A stretch of DNA of 23,088 bases from an uncultured virus (IMG/VR IMGVR_UViG_3300028591_000105) (IMGVR_UViG_3300028591_000105); one strand, 5' to 3'. Shown: positions 8,068-16,563, counted from the first letter of the stretch. Made by a program: numbers and translations. Notes: generated by a model from the letters alone, not told the origin.

Positions 8068-8442
8068 ATGGCAAACACTAAGTACACTTCCCGCGATTTC
8101 TACAATGACGTAATTGAGGGTCGTATCACCGACACCGTTATCAACTACGCCAAGTCCGCTATCAAGAAGATGGACGAAAAGAACAATGCCCGCAAGGGGT
8201 CGCTGACCGAGTCGCAGAAGGCAAACGCGCAGACTAAGGACTCTATCCTTGCCGCTATTCAGGCAGAGCCGAACAAGCGTTTTACCGCTAAGGTAATCGC
8301 CGATATGTTCGATATGTCCTCTACTCAGCGTGCGACTGCACTGCTTATGCAGATGGTCAAGGACGAACTTGTCAAGGTCGAGGACTTTACTCCTTCTGGG
8401 AAGAAGAAGGATATGGTCAAGGGGTACTTTGTAGAGGGTTAA
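8068..8442 (+). CDS. Putative DNA-binding protein with C-terminal winged-helix-like domain
   Basis: FTAKVIADMFDMSSTQRATALLMQMVKDELV resembles a wHTH; codon choice (AAG, TAC, AAC) suggests high expression. Confidence 0.75.
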   Translation: MANTKYTSRDFYNDVIEGRITDTVINYAKSAIKKMDEKNNARKGSLTESQKANAQTKDSILAAIQAEPNKRFTAKVIADMFDMSSTQRATALLMQMVKDELVKVEDFTPSGKKKDMVKGYFVEG

Positions 8443-8646
8443 CCCCTCTACTCCCACCCCTTGAGCGTAAAGTAAAAATAGTTGATAAAGTGCGAGGGCA
8501 ATAGTCCTCGCATTTGTTTTCTTTATCTCTTTAGCCCTTTAAAGCGCGGCGCCCCATGCACCGGCATAGCATTCACATTTTAGTAACATTCGGTTAGTAT
8601 ATACTAACTGCACAAAAATATTCTTAAACTTTGTGCATTTTGCCTC

Positions 8647-8675
8647 TTGATTTTTCCCCTATTCTATGTTATAAT
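8647..8675 (+). promoter_or_regulatory. sigmaA-type promoter
   Basis: TTGATT-N17-TATAAT preceded by AACTTTGTGCA box. Confidence 0.75.
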
Positions 8676-8701
8676 ATAGTTAAAGTAAAGGAGTTGATAC
8701 T

Positions 8702-8854
8702 ATGAAATTCTTAAAAGCAATCGCCGTTATCTTCTGCATAGTTGTTCTGTTTATGCCCGATGGCGTGTCTAATGCAATATGGAATATTTTTCAGTATATT
8801 TTTGCAATTATCGCTTTAATAATTTATCTGCCTACTATTGGCAAGAGAAAGTGA
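8702..8854 (+). CDS. Small two-helix membrane protein (50 aa)
   Basis: AAGGAG RBS; MKFLKAIAVIFCIVVLFMPDGVSNAIWNIFQYIFAIIALIIYLPTIGKRK*. Confidence 0.75.
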   Translation: MKFLKAIAVIFCIVVLFMPDGVSNAIWNIFQYIFAIIALIIYLPTIGKRK

Positions 8855-9025
8855 GGTATAACTGAGTGAGAACATTTGCTCTCACTTTTTTTATTAATTA
8901 GTTAAAATTTTTAACATTAGCGACCGGCCATCCTTTCATAATTTAGTCATATATTAGCAAAGTATGAACATGTGCAGGACCTATCCGGGCGCCGCGCTAA
9001 AGTATTAAAATGGTAATATGCTAAC

Positions 9026-9110
9026 GCTTTAAAGTGCTAAAATTTCATGCTTTAAAGTGCTAAAATTTCATACTTTAAAGTGCTAAAATTTCATACTTTA
9101 AAGTGCTAAA
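9026..9110. repeat. 23-bp tandem repeat x3.7
   Basis: RCTTTAAAGTGCTAAAATTTCAT at 9026, 9049, 9072 and partial at 9095. Confidence 0.95.
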
Positions 9111-9186
9111 TTGGTACTCGATAGACAAGATACGCACATTTCAAGGCAAGATCTGCGAGTTCTGTGCGAGGATGCAGATGCAGGCG

Positions 9187-9433
9187 GCAGCTAAGTAGGG
9201 GTAAGAAGTTGGGATAAGCTGCATCTGGATAAGCTAGAATAAGCTGGGTTAGGGTTAAGCTGCGAACTCCCCTAAGCTGCGACTCCTGTGTACTACTGCC
9301 GCGGCAGCTGCTTCTGGCTAAGCTAGGCTAGCTATTGCACTGTACTAAGCTGCGCCGGCGTGGAGTAGGAGTATGGAGTATACAGCTGCATTTTATGTCA
9401 ATTATTTGACAATTTTATAAAAAAATAAGCTGC
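9187..9433. repeat. Cluster of TAAGCTR / CAGCTR motifs
   Basis: About eleven such AGCT-centred motifs in ~250 non-coding bp. Confidence 0.8.
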
Positions 9434-9512
9434 AATGTCAAATAATTGACAAAGTAGCTCAAAAATTATAAAATTCAGTAAGAAAAATTGAAAAGAATTA
9501 CTAATACTAAGA

Positions 9513-9556
9513 AAAAACCGACAAAATCTCATCTAAAAACCGACAAAATCTCACTT
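9513..9556. repeat. 22-bp iteron-like repeats x2 (downstream of Rep-like gene)
   Basis: AAAAACCGACAAAATCTCAYYT twice in tandem. Confidence 0.9.
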
Positions 9557-9563
9557 AGAACTA

Positions 9564-10316
9564 TTATTTATTAAATTTTATCCCACTCTCATCTCCATAA
9601 AACTCTTCTTTTATTTCAATATCTTGTCTAATTCCATCAAAAAATTCTTGCATATCTTCATCATTATCATAAGAATCTTCCATTTTTAACATCTTTTTAG
9701 ATGGTTTATTGTCAATCCATTTAATCTAATATGAATAATAAGTACGTCCATTATTTAATTCGTGCGGCACTTCTTTTAAACCTAAAAGACCCAAATTCTA
9801 AAATAAAGATAACATAATATAGATACCACGCATATGTGCTTTCGTTTTCTAACCAAAGAACAAGGTACATAAAGAAGATAAAGTAAATTCAGCTTCTTCT
9901 CCACATATATTATAATATCTAGCTAAAACACTATATAAACTTGGCATTATGCCGCCACACTCCTTGTCAAACTATTTACTGTACTTAACTAATAATTTAA
10001 TTAAATTAATATCAAGGGCGGCATAATCTATCCCATAATAAATCTAATAAGACCTAGTCTTTTCATTTTCTGCAATATAATTATTTTTAATCAATGCAGC
10101 AATGGCGCGGCGCCAAGTATTATCTGATATACCTATAATCTCTATTGCATCCTTTATCTTGAAGCTGTTCTTATAAACGAAATAGTGTGCTTCATTAGGA
10201 TTCCATTTACTAATAGATAATAAATAAGCATAAACTAAATACTACTTTTCTGTAAGCGGACCTTTCTAATGTTTCTCATATGGTATTGTTTTATAATATC
10301 TTTCTGATACTGCCAT
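9564..10316 (-). CDS. Putative replication initiator / HTH DNA-binding protein, 250 aa, with 7 in-frame TAG (code 15)
   Basis: AGGAGG RBS, ATG 10316 to TAA 9564; the only interruptions are TAG; LTEK(TAG)YLVYAYLLSIS...IKDAIEIIGISDNTWRRAIAALIKNNYI resembles a wHTH initiator N-terminus; iterons on both sides. Confidence 0.85.
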
Positions 10317-10400
10317 AGTACCACCTCCTATTAATAAGTAGAAAATCCGAACTAAGTCTCTAAGTTGTCGGATATGTATATACAGATGTTAGTTGATGGA

Positions 10401-10510
10401 TAAAACCGACGAAATCTCACTTAGAAACCGACGAATTGTTACCTAAAAACCGACGAAACGTGACTTAAAAACCGATAAAATCTCACCTAAAAACCGACAA
10501 AATCTCACTA
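10401..10510. repeat. 22-bp iteron array x5 (putative replication origin)
   Basis: Consensus AAAAACCGACRAAATCTCACYT at exact 22-bp period (10401, 10423, 10445, 10467, 10489), followed by AT-rich tract. Confidence 0.9.
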
Positions 10511-10726
10511 TTTATATATTACTTTTTCCCAAAAAGTAATCAAAAAAGGTTTCGCGCTGCGCGCTCATGTTTCCTAAAAAATCCTACCCCTTATCAAAAA
10601 GCAACCAACCCCTCTTAAAAAAAAAGAGTGTCAAATAATTGACACCCCTTAATAAAACTAGCCCCTATTAAAAAATGAACCGACCCCTTATTGATAATTG
10701 TTTAAAGAATTTATTGACCCCGTTAT

Positions 10727-10843
10727 TTGACTAACTAATTAATTGACTAACTAATTAATTGACTAACTAATTAATTGACTAACTAATTAATTGACTAACT
10801 AATTAATTGACTAACTAATTAATTGACTAACTAATTAATTGAC
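10727..10843. repeat. Perfect 16-bp tandem repeat x7.3
   Basis: (TTGACTAACTAATTAA)x7 + TTGAC. Confidence 0.97.
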
Positions 10844-10880
10844 ATATGCGCGGTTGGGCTGGTGTATATTTTCTATCATT

Positions 10881-10954
10881 GGCATACATTTTCACTTATT
10901 AACATACATTTTCACTTATTAGCACTTATTTTCACTTACTAATACAAATTTTCA
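10881..10954. repeat. Imperfect 20-bp tandem repeat x3.7
   Basis: RRCATACATTTTCACTTATT-like units. Confidence 0.8.
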
Positions 10955-11142
10955 AAATAACCCCAAGTAACAATAAAGTAAAATTTAGTAGAACAAAGCC
11001 CCTATATTAAGGACCTAGGGAAAGCGAGCTAAGGTAGGAAAATTGAAGCCCACAAACTCAAAGTCATGGGACACTTCATATTTGCACTTCACAGCGGTAC
11101 TTTGTATTAATATTTAGTACGACCCTTAGTACACACCTTTAG

Positions 11143-11352
11143 TACTATTTCTACTTCTACTACTTCTTCTACTACTTCTTCTACTACTACTTCTATTTCT
11201 ACTCTATTCCCTTACTCTATTCTCCTACTCTATTCTTCTTTGTTTTTCCTCTGCCTCTCACGCCGGCCTACCCTATTCATTTTACTTCTATTTCTTACTC
11301 CTATTCTACTCCTATTCTACTCCTATTCTACTACTATTCTACTACTATTCTA
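11143..11352. repeat. Low-complexity pyrimidine-skewed tract (CTA/CTT/CTATT units)
   Basis: Very few G on the + strand; degenerate CTACTACTT and CTCCTATTCTA repeats. Confidence 0.85.
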
Positions 11353-11361
11353 CCACTTCCC

Positions 11362-11661
11362 TTATCCACTATACTCTATACTTATTCTTATCTATTCTTT
11401 TATTTGTCTTATATCCCATTTCTTTTCTTTACTTATTTTATTTATTGTACTATTCTAACTATCCCCTCTTAATAGATCATCTATTATTCTACTTAATCGT
11501 TCCTATACATTCTTTGTTTTACTTTTTACCAAATAATTCTCATACTGCAATACTACAATACCCCTTTTAGGCTCTGTAATACTTAATACATATTCCTTCT
11601 TTTCTCTTTTTAATCTATTATATTTATATCTTTCATTTTCCCAGTTCTTAACTACTTTCAT
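11362..11661 (-). CDS. Basic hypothetical protein, 99 aa, with 3 in-frame TAG
   Basis: AGGAGG RBS, ATG 11661; MKVVKNWENERYKY...NV(TAG)ERLSRIIDDLLRGDS(TAG)...KE(TAG)IRISIEYSG-TAA. Confidence 0.7.
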
Positions 11662-11773
11662 ATTTACCTCCTATAATACTTAATAAAAGATTATTTCCCA
11701 TAGTCAATTTTAAATACTCCACAAAAATTTTTTCTCTAAATTTTCTCATGCGGATAAAGAAATAAGAGAGTTA

Positions 11774-12667
11774 TTACAACTCTCCTATCTCTTTTTCAAT
11801 TTTTTCATAAACTTCTAGATAAAGGTCTAATGGGAAACTTGACACGAAATAACCTTCTTCTCTATGTTGTGCCGCCCAAGCAAAAGCCTCTTGGTCATAT
11901 TTACAATGCTCAATTTCTTCTAACCTATCACAAGATAACTTATGAAGATAAATACTGCCTTCTGTATTCCAAGGGCGGCGATAAATAATAGAATTGGTTA
12001 CATTAATAACTAATGCCATTAAAGCATATGTTGCTACTACCTCTGCAAAATCGTCCCAAGGGCGGTGTAGAGTATAAAGCTAATATCTTTTCCAATATAA
12101 ATATGAGGCTTCAATAAAACTTTTATACTACATTACTTCATTAGTAATCATACTATAAACTTTCTTTTTATCTACCTCACTCCACGGTATAGATTCGTCT
12201 TTCCTATCTGAAGTGCCGGCCTTGGGCCATCCAGTAAGTTCTGCAAAAGTAGAATAAGGACGATGGGAAACATGGTCTGGTCCGTGAGAAATAATTAATG
12301 GTTTATCGCCCCTCTAACTTATCCAGTTATCACATACAGAGCGTGAAGAAGCATTGACGTCATAGCTATAAGGTGAAATAAGATGAGCTTTTACTTCCTA
12401 ATATGGTTCTCTGCCGCCATAAGGAATATTTGGAATTATAATAGGTTCTATATCGTTAAATGCCATTGTATATTTAGCCTCCTTTCCTATTTGTATTAGG
12501 TCTCGATTATTGAAGTTATTTAAAAATTCACAACGCCGGCGCTCATAAAACTCTTCTGAAATATCTTGTGCCGGCGCTTCAGCTTGAGAAATTGCAGCTT
12601 CAAGCTATTTACGAGAATAATCTCTCCAGGCTTTTATAGTTGTAGCAAGTCTGTGGTATGATGCCAT
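11774..12667 (-). CDS. Hypothetical protein, 297 aa, with 5 in-frame TAG
   Basis: AGGAGG RBS, ATG 12667, in frame with track ORF 11774..12019 and interrupted only by TAG; ends TAA-TAA; second AGGAGG-ATG in frame at 12466. Confidence 0.8.
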
Positions 12668-12777
12668 TTTCATCCCTCCTTTTACTTTAAGGTAGAATTT
12701 TACTTAAAATTGTCTATATAGTAAAAACGGCGTAGTACTACGCCGCTAATACTTTAGGTATTATTATCTCTATCTTT

Positions 12778-13158
12778 TTACTCTTTGTCTTCTGCCGCCT
12801 TGCGTTTAGCTAAGCGTTCCTTGCGTTTGATAGTTTGAGGATCCTGACTGTAGGCATCAGCCTCATCATCTAGGTCATACGCAAGGACTTCTCTAACCTC
12901 ACCCTTAAACTTTCGTTGGCTATCGTACCAATGCTTACAAGTTCCATGAGCAACAACAACTAAGTCATGCTCAAATCCATCATCATCAAGAGCCTTTCCT
13001 ATTACGACTCCTACATCTGCATTACCTACCTGACGGACTTTTGTATATCTCTCGTTCAGGAACTCAGTAAGAGCATTGAAAAACTCTTCCTGAACGAGGT
13101 CTTGAATTTCGGACTTCTTTTTGATATTAGTGAGGTCAAGAAAAACCTTATCTTCCAT
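12778..13158 (-). CDS. Hypothetical protein, paralog of 5920 and 13251 genes
   Basis: 126-aa ORF; DLTNIKK, DDDGF, TCKHW motifs. Confidence 0.85.
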   Translation of the reverse strand: MEDKVFLDLTNIKKKSEIQDLVQEEFFNALTEFLNERYTKVRQVGNADVGVVIGKALDDDGFEHDLVVVAHGTCKHWYDSQRKFKGEVREVLAYDLDDEADAYSQDPQTIKRKERLAKRKAAEDKE

Positions 13159-13250
13159 TTAACACCCTTACCTTTCTTAGTACTTAGCGCCGCCGCTTCA
13201 AAAAATTTTCAAAGGGCGGCGTTTTGTACCGCCCATTGATATTTTAAGAT

Positions 13251-13676
13251 TTAGAACTCAACGTCCTTCTCTTCTCTCTTTGCCTTGTCCTTCTCGATCT
13301 TTGCAGCTTTCTTAGAAGCAGCGTCAGCAGCCTTCTCTGCCTTCTCAATTACCCAGTCATCATACTCAGTACGAGCGGCATTAAAATCGAAGGCATCATA
13401 GTGACGCTTTGAAGTATCTCGAGTTACAAACTCAGGAACAGTTGCATTCATCTTAAAGCAGATAGGAAGAACCTCACCATCAACTACCGCATCAGCATAA
13501 TTTACTGCAATCTCATTAGTCTTAGACTGACCGCCAGTTCTTACCCAACCTACATTCTCCTCGCCATACTTCTCGGTAAGATACTCGAAGAACTCAGCCA
13601 TAATAGCTTCCTTAACTGCACTCTTTACCTTAGAAATAGTATTTACCTTGTCTACTACATACTCCATCTTTGCCAT
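13251..13676 (-). CDS. Hypothetical protein with K/A/E-rich C-terminal helix, paralog of 5920 gene
   Basis: 141-aa ORF, AAGGAG RBS; GEExV and EKA(E/K)...KI..DKA.RE.K tail shared with 5920. Confidence 0.85.
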   Translation of the reverse strand: MAKMEYVVDKVNTISKVKSAVKEAIMAEFFEYLTEKYGEENVGWVRTGGQSKTNEIAVNYADAVVDGEVLPICFKMNATVPEFVTRDTSKRHYDAFDFNAARTEYDDWVIEKAEKAADAASKKAAKIEKDKAKREEKDVEF

Positions 13677-13808
13677 TTTTCATTTCTCCTTTTTTAATTG
13701 TTTATTGTTTATTTACTTCGGATTCGAGATACTTAAAGTTTTCATCTTACTTTTTATTCAGCTAAGCGCCGCGCCTTGAAACTTTTCTTTCTCTCTTTTA
13801 CTATATAT

Positions 13809-13837
13809 ATTATATCACATTTTTAGTGATTTTTCAA
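13809..13837 (-). promoter_or_regulatory. sigmaA-type promoter
   Basis: TTGAAA-N17-TATAAT with TG. Confidence 0.8.
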
Positions 13838-13858
13838 ATAATTAATTGCTTTTATTTC

Positions 13859-14116
13859 TTAAAAACGTAACCCTGCTTCACGAAGTTCCTTCTCATCCTC
13901 GGTTATAATTTCATACTTCGTAATGTCTATACCATGCTTTCTCATTGCTCTGCCGAATCGCTTGGCGGCACGGAGTCTTATGATGTCTGCACGATATGAA
14001 TTAGAAAAGAAACGTAGGGAGTAAACAGGATTCCCAGATTCTAAAGTCTGACGAATCTGATTATCTGCCATTATTCTCGCCTGTGCACTCCAAGACTTAG
14101 GTCTATAAGTTTTCAT
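13859..14116 (-). CDS. Basic hypothetical protein (85 aa)
   Basis: AGAGG RBS; own promoter. Confidence 0.8.
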   Translation of the reverse strand: MKTYRPKSWSAQARIMADNQIRQTLESGNPVYSLRFFSNSYRADIIRLRAAKRFGRAMRKHGIDITKYEIITEDEKELREAGLRF

Positions 14117-14164
14117 AGGATACCTCTTTTCTCTTTTTTAAAACTTTTTTTCTTTTCTATATAT

Positions 14165-14193
14165 ATTATACCATAAAAATATGAATAAATCAA
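14165..14193 (-). promoter_or_regulatory. sigmaA-type promoter
   Basis: TTGATT-N17-TATAAT with TG. Confidence 0.75.
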
Positions 14194-14252
14194 TAATATA
14201 GTATTTCTAAAATGTAAAAATTTTCTTAATAAATTGTGAAAGAATTTTTATA

Positions 14253-14447
14253 TTAAACCCAAGTTAAACATATTGGACACTGTATAAATGCCGGCTCACT
14301 AAATTTTATCGAAGGATAATCCTCTTCATAAATAGACTCCCTACATTCTGGACAATACCAGAGTCCTGGATCTTCCGCCGCAGTATCGTAATCCTCAGCT
14401 ATTTGTCCCCATGCTGTAGAGAATGGAATTTGTTTAATTTTTGCCAT
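14253..14447 (-). CDS. Small zinc-ribbon protein
   Basis: YCPEC...CPIC; AGGAGGAG RBS; paralog of 16197 gene. Confidence 0.8.
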   Translation of the reverse strand: MAKIKQIPFSTAWGQIAEDYDTAAEDPGLWYCPECRESIYEEDYPSIKFSEPAFIQCPICLTWV

Positions 14448-14448
14448 A

Positions 14449-15048
14449 TTACTCCTCCTTTACAGCATTATCAAGCACTATAAAATCATAAAGAGTAGCA
14501 GCATCAGTTACTTCAAAACCATAAAATTTTGCATCCACACGCTTAGAAAAGTCTACATAGTCTCCTTCGCATTCATGGATGAAATAGTCAATATTATCCT
14601 GATTATCACCCATCCACTTCTCAAACAATTCTATTGTATAACTCGGTTGTGCTGCCTCACAAAAAACGTCAACTGCACTAGAACCAAGAACCTTTTCTAT
14701 ATTATCTAAGAATTTGTCCATCTTACCAATATTGCAAAGTAAATACACAAACTCTTTTAAGAACTCTTCCTTAGTAACCCTTACAGTAGTGTTCTCTGCC
14801 GGCGCAACATTAGTTTCCTTTGTCTTATCCTCTTCCTCTATTTTGGTAATAGTAATCGAACCACAAGTAAGTACTGGATTAGAACTAATAACAAAAATTT
14901 CCCAGTCAGCAATAAGATTCTTTATCATTTTTATCTTTATATCAGGAGATTCTGCACATCTATGAATAGCCTCTAAGCAATCTAAATAAGCGTCAGCCTC
15001 TCCATCCCATACAGTACAACCTATACCAGTATCTACCTTATACTTCAT
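14449..15048 (-). CDS. Hypothetical protein (199 aa)
   Basis: ORF with GGAGG RBS in a tightly packed operon. Confidence 0.8.
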   Translation of the reverse strand: MKYKVDTGIGCTVWDGEADAYLDCLEAIHRCAESPDIKIKMIKNLIADWEIFVISSNPVLTCGSITITKIEEEDKTKETNVAPAENTTVRVTKEEFLKEFVYLLCNIGKMDKFLDNIEKVLGSSAVDVFCEAAQPSYTIELFEKWMGDNQDNIDYFIHECEGDYVDFSKRVDAKFYGFEVTDAATLYDFIVLDNAVKEE

Positions 15049-15202
15049 TTCTTACCCTCCATGCCTGTACTACAATTTTCTCCCAATGGTTTTCTTTTCT
15101 AAACTCTTCTGCCGCCACCTCGGCTAAGTTTAAAGTATCATAAACTGCGAGAATTTTATTATCATTAGAAGTAGAGCCAAAAACGACATATACTAACTTC
15201 AT
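15038..15202 (-). CDS. Small hypothetical protein (54 aa)
   Basis: ATGA overlap with upstream gene; MKLVYVVFGSTSNDNKILAVYDTLNLAEVAAEEF...; fills the operon gap. Confidence 0.75.
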   Translation of the reverse strand: MKLVYVVFGSTSNDNKILAVYDTLNLAEVAAEEFRKENHWEKIVVQAWRVRNEV

Positions 15203-15399
15203 ATCTCGTCTTCTCCATAGAGCTTAATGGACTTAACTTTAATACCTTCCATCCACTCGTCATAGTTCATACCATTTGTCTTGCCGCTTTCCTGTGCTTG
15301 TTTGTAAGCTCTCATTCGATAGGTCTGCACTCCTTCCATTGAAGTAATTGCAAACTTTAATCCAACATGAGAATCTTTAACATAGTAAATAGTTATCAC
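15199..15399 (-). CDS. Hypothetical protein (66 aa)
   Basis: GTGA overlap with upstream gene, GAGG RBS. Confidence 0.75.
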   Translation of the reverse strand: MITIYYVKDSHVGLKFAITSMEGVQTYRMRAYKQAQESGKTNGMNYDEWMEGIKVKSIKLYGEDEI

Positions 15400-15938
15400 T
15401 GAAGTTCTACCTCCTCAATATAAATTTCCTCATATTGACCTTCGTCTTCTTTGATAGTAATAAGATTAATGTAGCCAGTGTCATCATCATAATCAAATGT
15501 AAAACGATTAAAAAACTCAATCTTAGCATCGTCAGATTCAAAAATGCCTTCGCTCATGTGAGCAGCAAGATAATCACCAAAAATAGCCATAACTTTATTA
15601 TGAGCCGCTGCCCTGTCCTTAAAAGCATAATGGTCGGTAGGCCAGTCAGGCATTTCATAAGCTACTATATAAATCTTCTCCATAGAATTTTCAATCCTTT
15701 CTTTATTTTTATTAGGAAACATTTGTATTTCTTCTATATTCTTAAAAAAGAAAAATTCAGTCCAATTACCAAAATCTACTTGATAATTATTAACATCTCC
15801 TGTGTATTGATAATAATGAGGACTAATATTATGTGAAGTAAGATATTTAACCATTGCCGCCCTAGCATCCATTTCATCTTCGTAAGTACCTATAAGTTCT
15901 GTTTTTTTATAGGTTCCGTATCTTAGCTCCCAGCTCAT
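15396..15938 (-). CDS. Acidic hypothetical protein (180 aa)
   Basis: ORF with GAGGA RBS, abuts upstream stop. Confidence 0.8.
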   Translation of the reverse strand: MSWELRYGTYKKTELIGTYEDEMDARAAMVKYLTSHNISPHYYQYTGDVNNYQVDFGNWTEFFFFKNIEEIQMFPNKNKERIENSMEKIYIVAYEMPDWPTDHYAFKDRAAAHNKVMAIFGDYLAAHMSEGIFESDDAKIEFFNRFTFDYDDDTGYINLITIKEDEGQYEEIYIEEVELQ

Positions 15939-16184
15939 TTAATCCTCCTCACGAGGGTCCCATCCCTCCTCATATTCTATACGGTCACAGAGTGCATTGT
16001 ACTTCTCTTTCCAATCTTCTTCTATCATTATCCATGTCTTTTCAATTTCAGTATCAAGAGACATCTTTTTTAATACTACTTCACACTCTAATGCACTCTC
16101 TTTGTCTAAATAAACCTTATCAAGTTCATAGTCATCAGTTACTACACTCCGATAAAATACAGCCCATCCAACTAAATGTTTCAT
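15939..16184 (-). CDS. Acidic hypothetical protein (81 aa)
   Basis: AAGGAGG RBS. Confidence 0.8.
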   Translation of the reverse strand: MKHLVGWAVFYRSVVTDDYELDKVYLDKESALECEVVLKKMSLDTEIEKTWIMIEEDWKEKYNALCDRIEYEEGWDPREED

Positions 16185-16196
16185 TAGTAATCCTCC

Positions 16197-16385
16197 TTAA
16201 CCAAACTCTTCCTCACAAACAGGACACAATGCAAACCCATCTTTTACATCAATCTGAGGAAAATCATCTTCATAAATGGGTTCTCCACAATGAGGACAAT
16301 AGAAGCAAGGCTCATCGTCAGGATCGCCATCGTAGGATTCTCCGTAAGTAAAAATTACACCTTTTCTAACTTTATTCCAATTCAT
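16197..16385 (-). CDS. Small zinc-ribbon protein (62 aa)
   Basis: YCPHC...CPVC; AGAGG RBS before ATG 16385; the track's longer start overlaps the promoter. Confidence 0.8.
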   Translation of the reverse strand: MNWNKVRKGVIFTYGESYDGDPDDEPCFYCPHCGEPIYEDDFPQIDVKDGFALCPVCEEEFG

Positions 16386-16419
16386 TTTTATACCTCTTTT
16401 CTTTCTCTTTTCTATATAT

Positions 16420-16448
16420 ATTATACCATATTTTTTAAAAATTTTCAA
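16420..16448 (-). promoter_or_regulatory. sigmaA-type promoter
   Basis: TTGAAA-N17-TATAAT with TG. Confidence 0.8.
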
Positions 16449-16479
16449 TAAATTTATTGTTTAAATACTCTATAAATCC

Positions 16480-16563
16480 TACATTTCACGCCGCCGCCCC
16501 TGTCTCCGGAATCTTACTTGCTAGCTTTATTTTTCCAGAGGCGAGGTCGCGGCATGAAGTGTA
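16480..16563 (-). ncRNA. Long GC-rich hairpin at distal end of tRNA cluster
   Basis: TACACTTCATGCCGC...CTCTGGAA pairs with TTCCGGAG...GCGGCGTGAAATGTA. Confidence 0.45.

Noticed and set aside
1423..8457. Minus-strand ORFs in the left array (1423, 1922, 2552, 2581, 4346, 4564, 6006, 6049, 6914, 6976, 7359, 7856, 8041) and + ORF 6643
   Set aside because: Shadows of better-supported + strand genes or spanning promoters; no RBS
10401..10843. CRISPR array
   Set aside because: The 22-bp and 16-bp repeats are contiguous with no unique spacers, and no cas gene is visible
11240..11458. 72-aa hydrophobic ORF on + strand
   Set aside because: Artefact of the pyrimidine-rich low-complexity tract; no RBS; antisense to the 11362-11661 gene
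9564..12667. Pseudogene interpretation of the TAG-interrupted genes
   Set aside because: All 15 interruptions are TAG, with no TAA/TGA or frameshift and intact RBSs; random decay would not give this pattern
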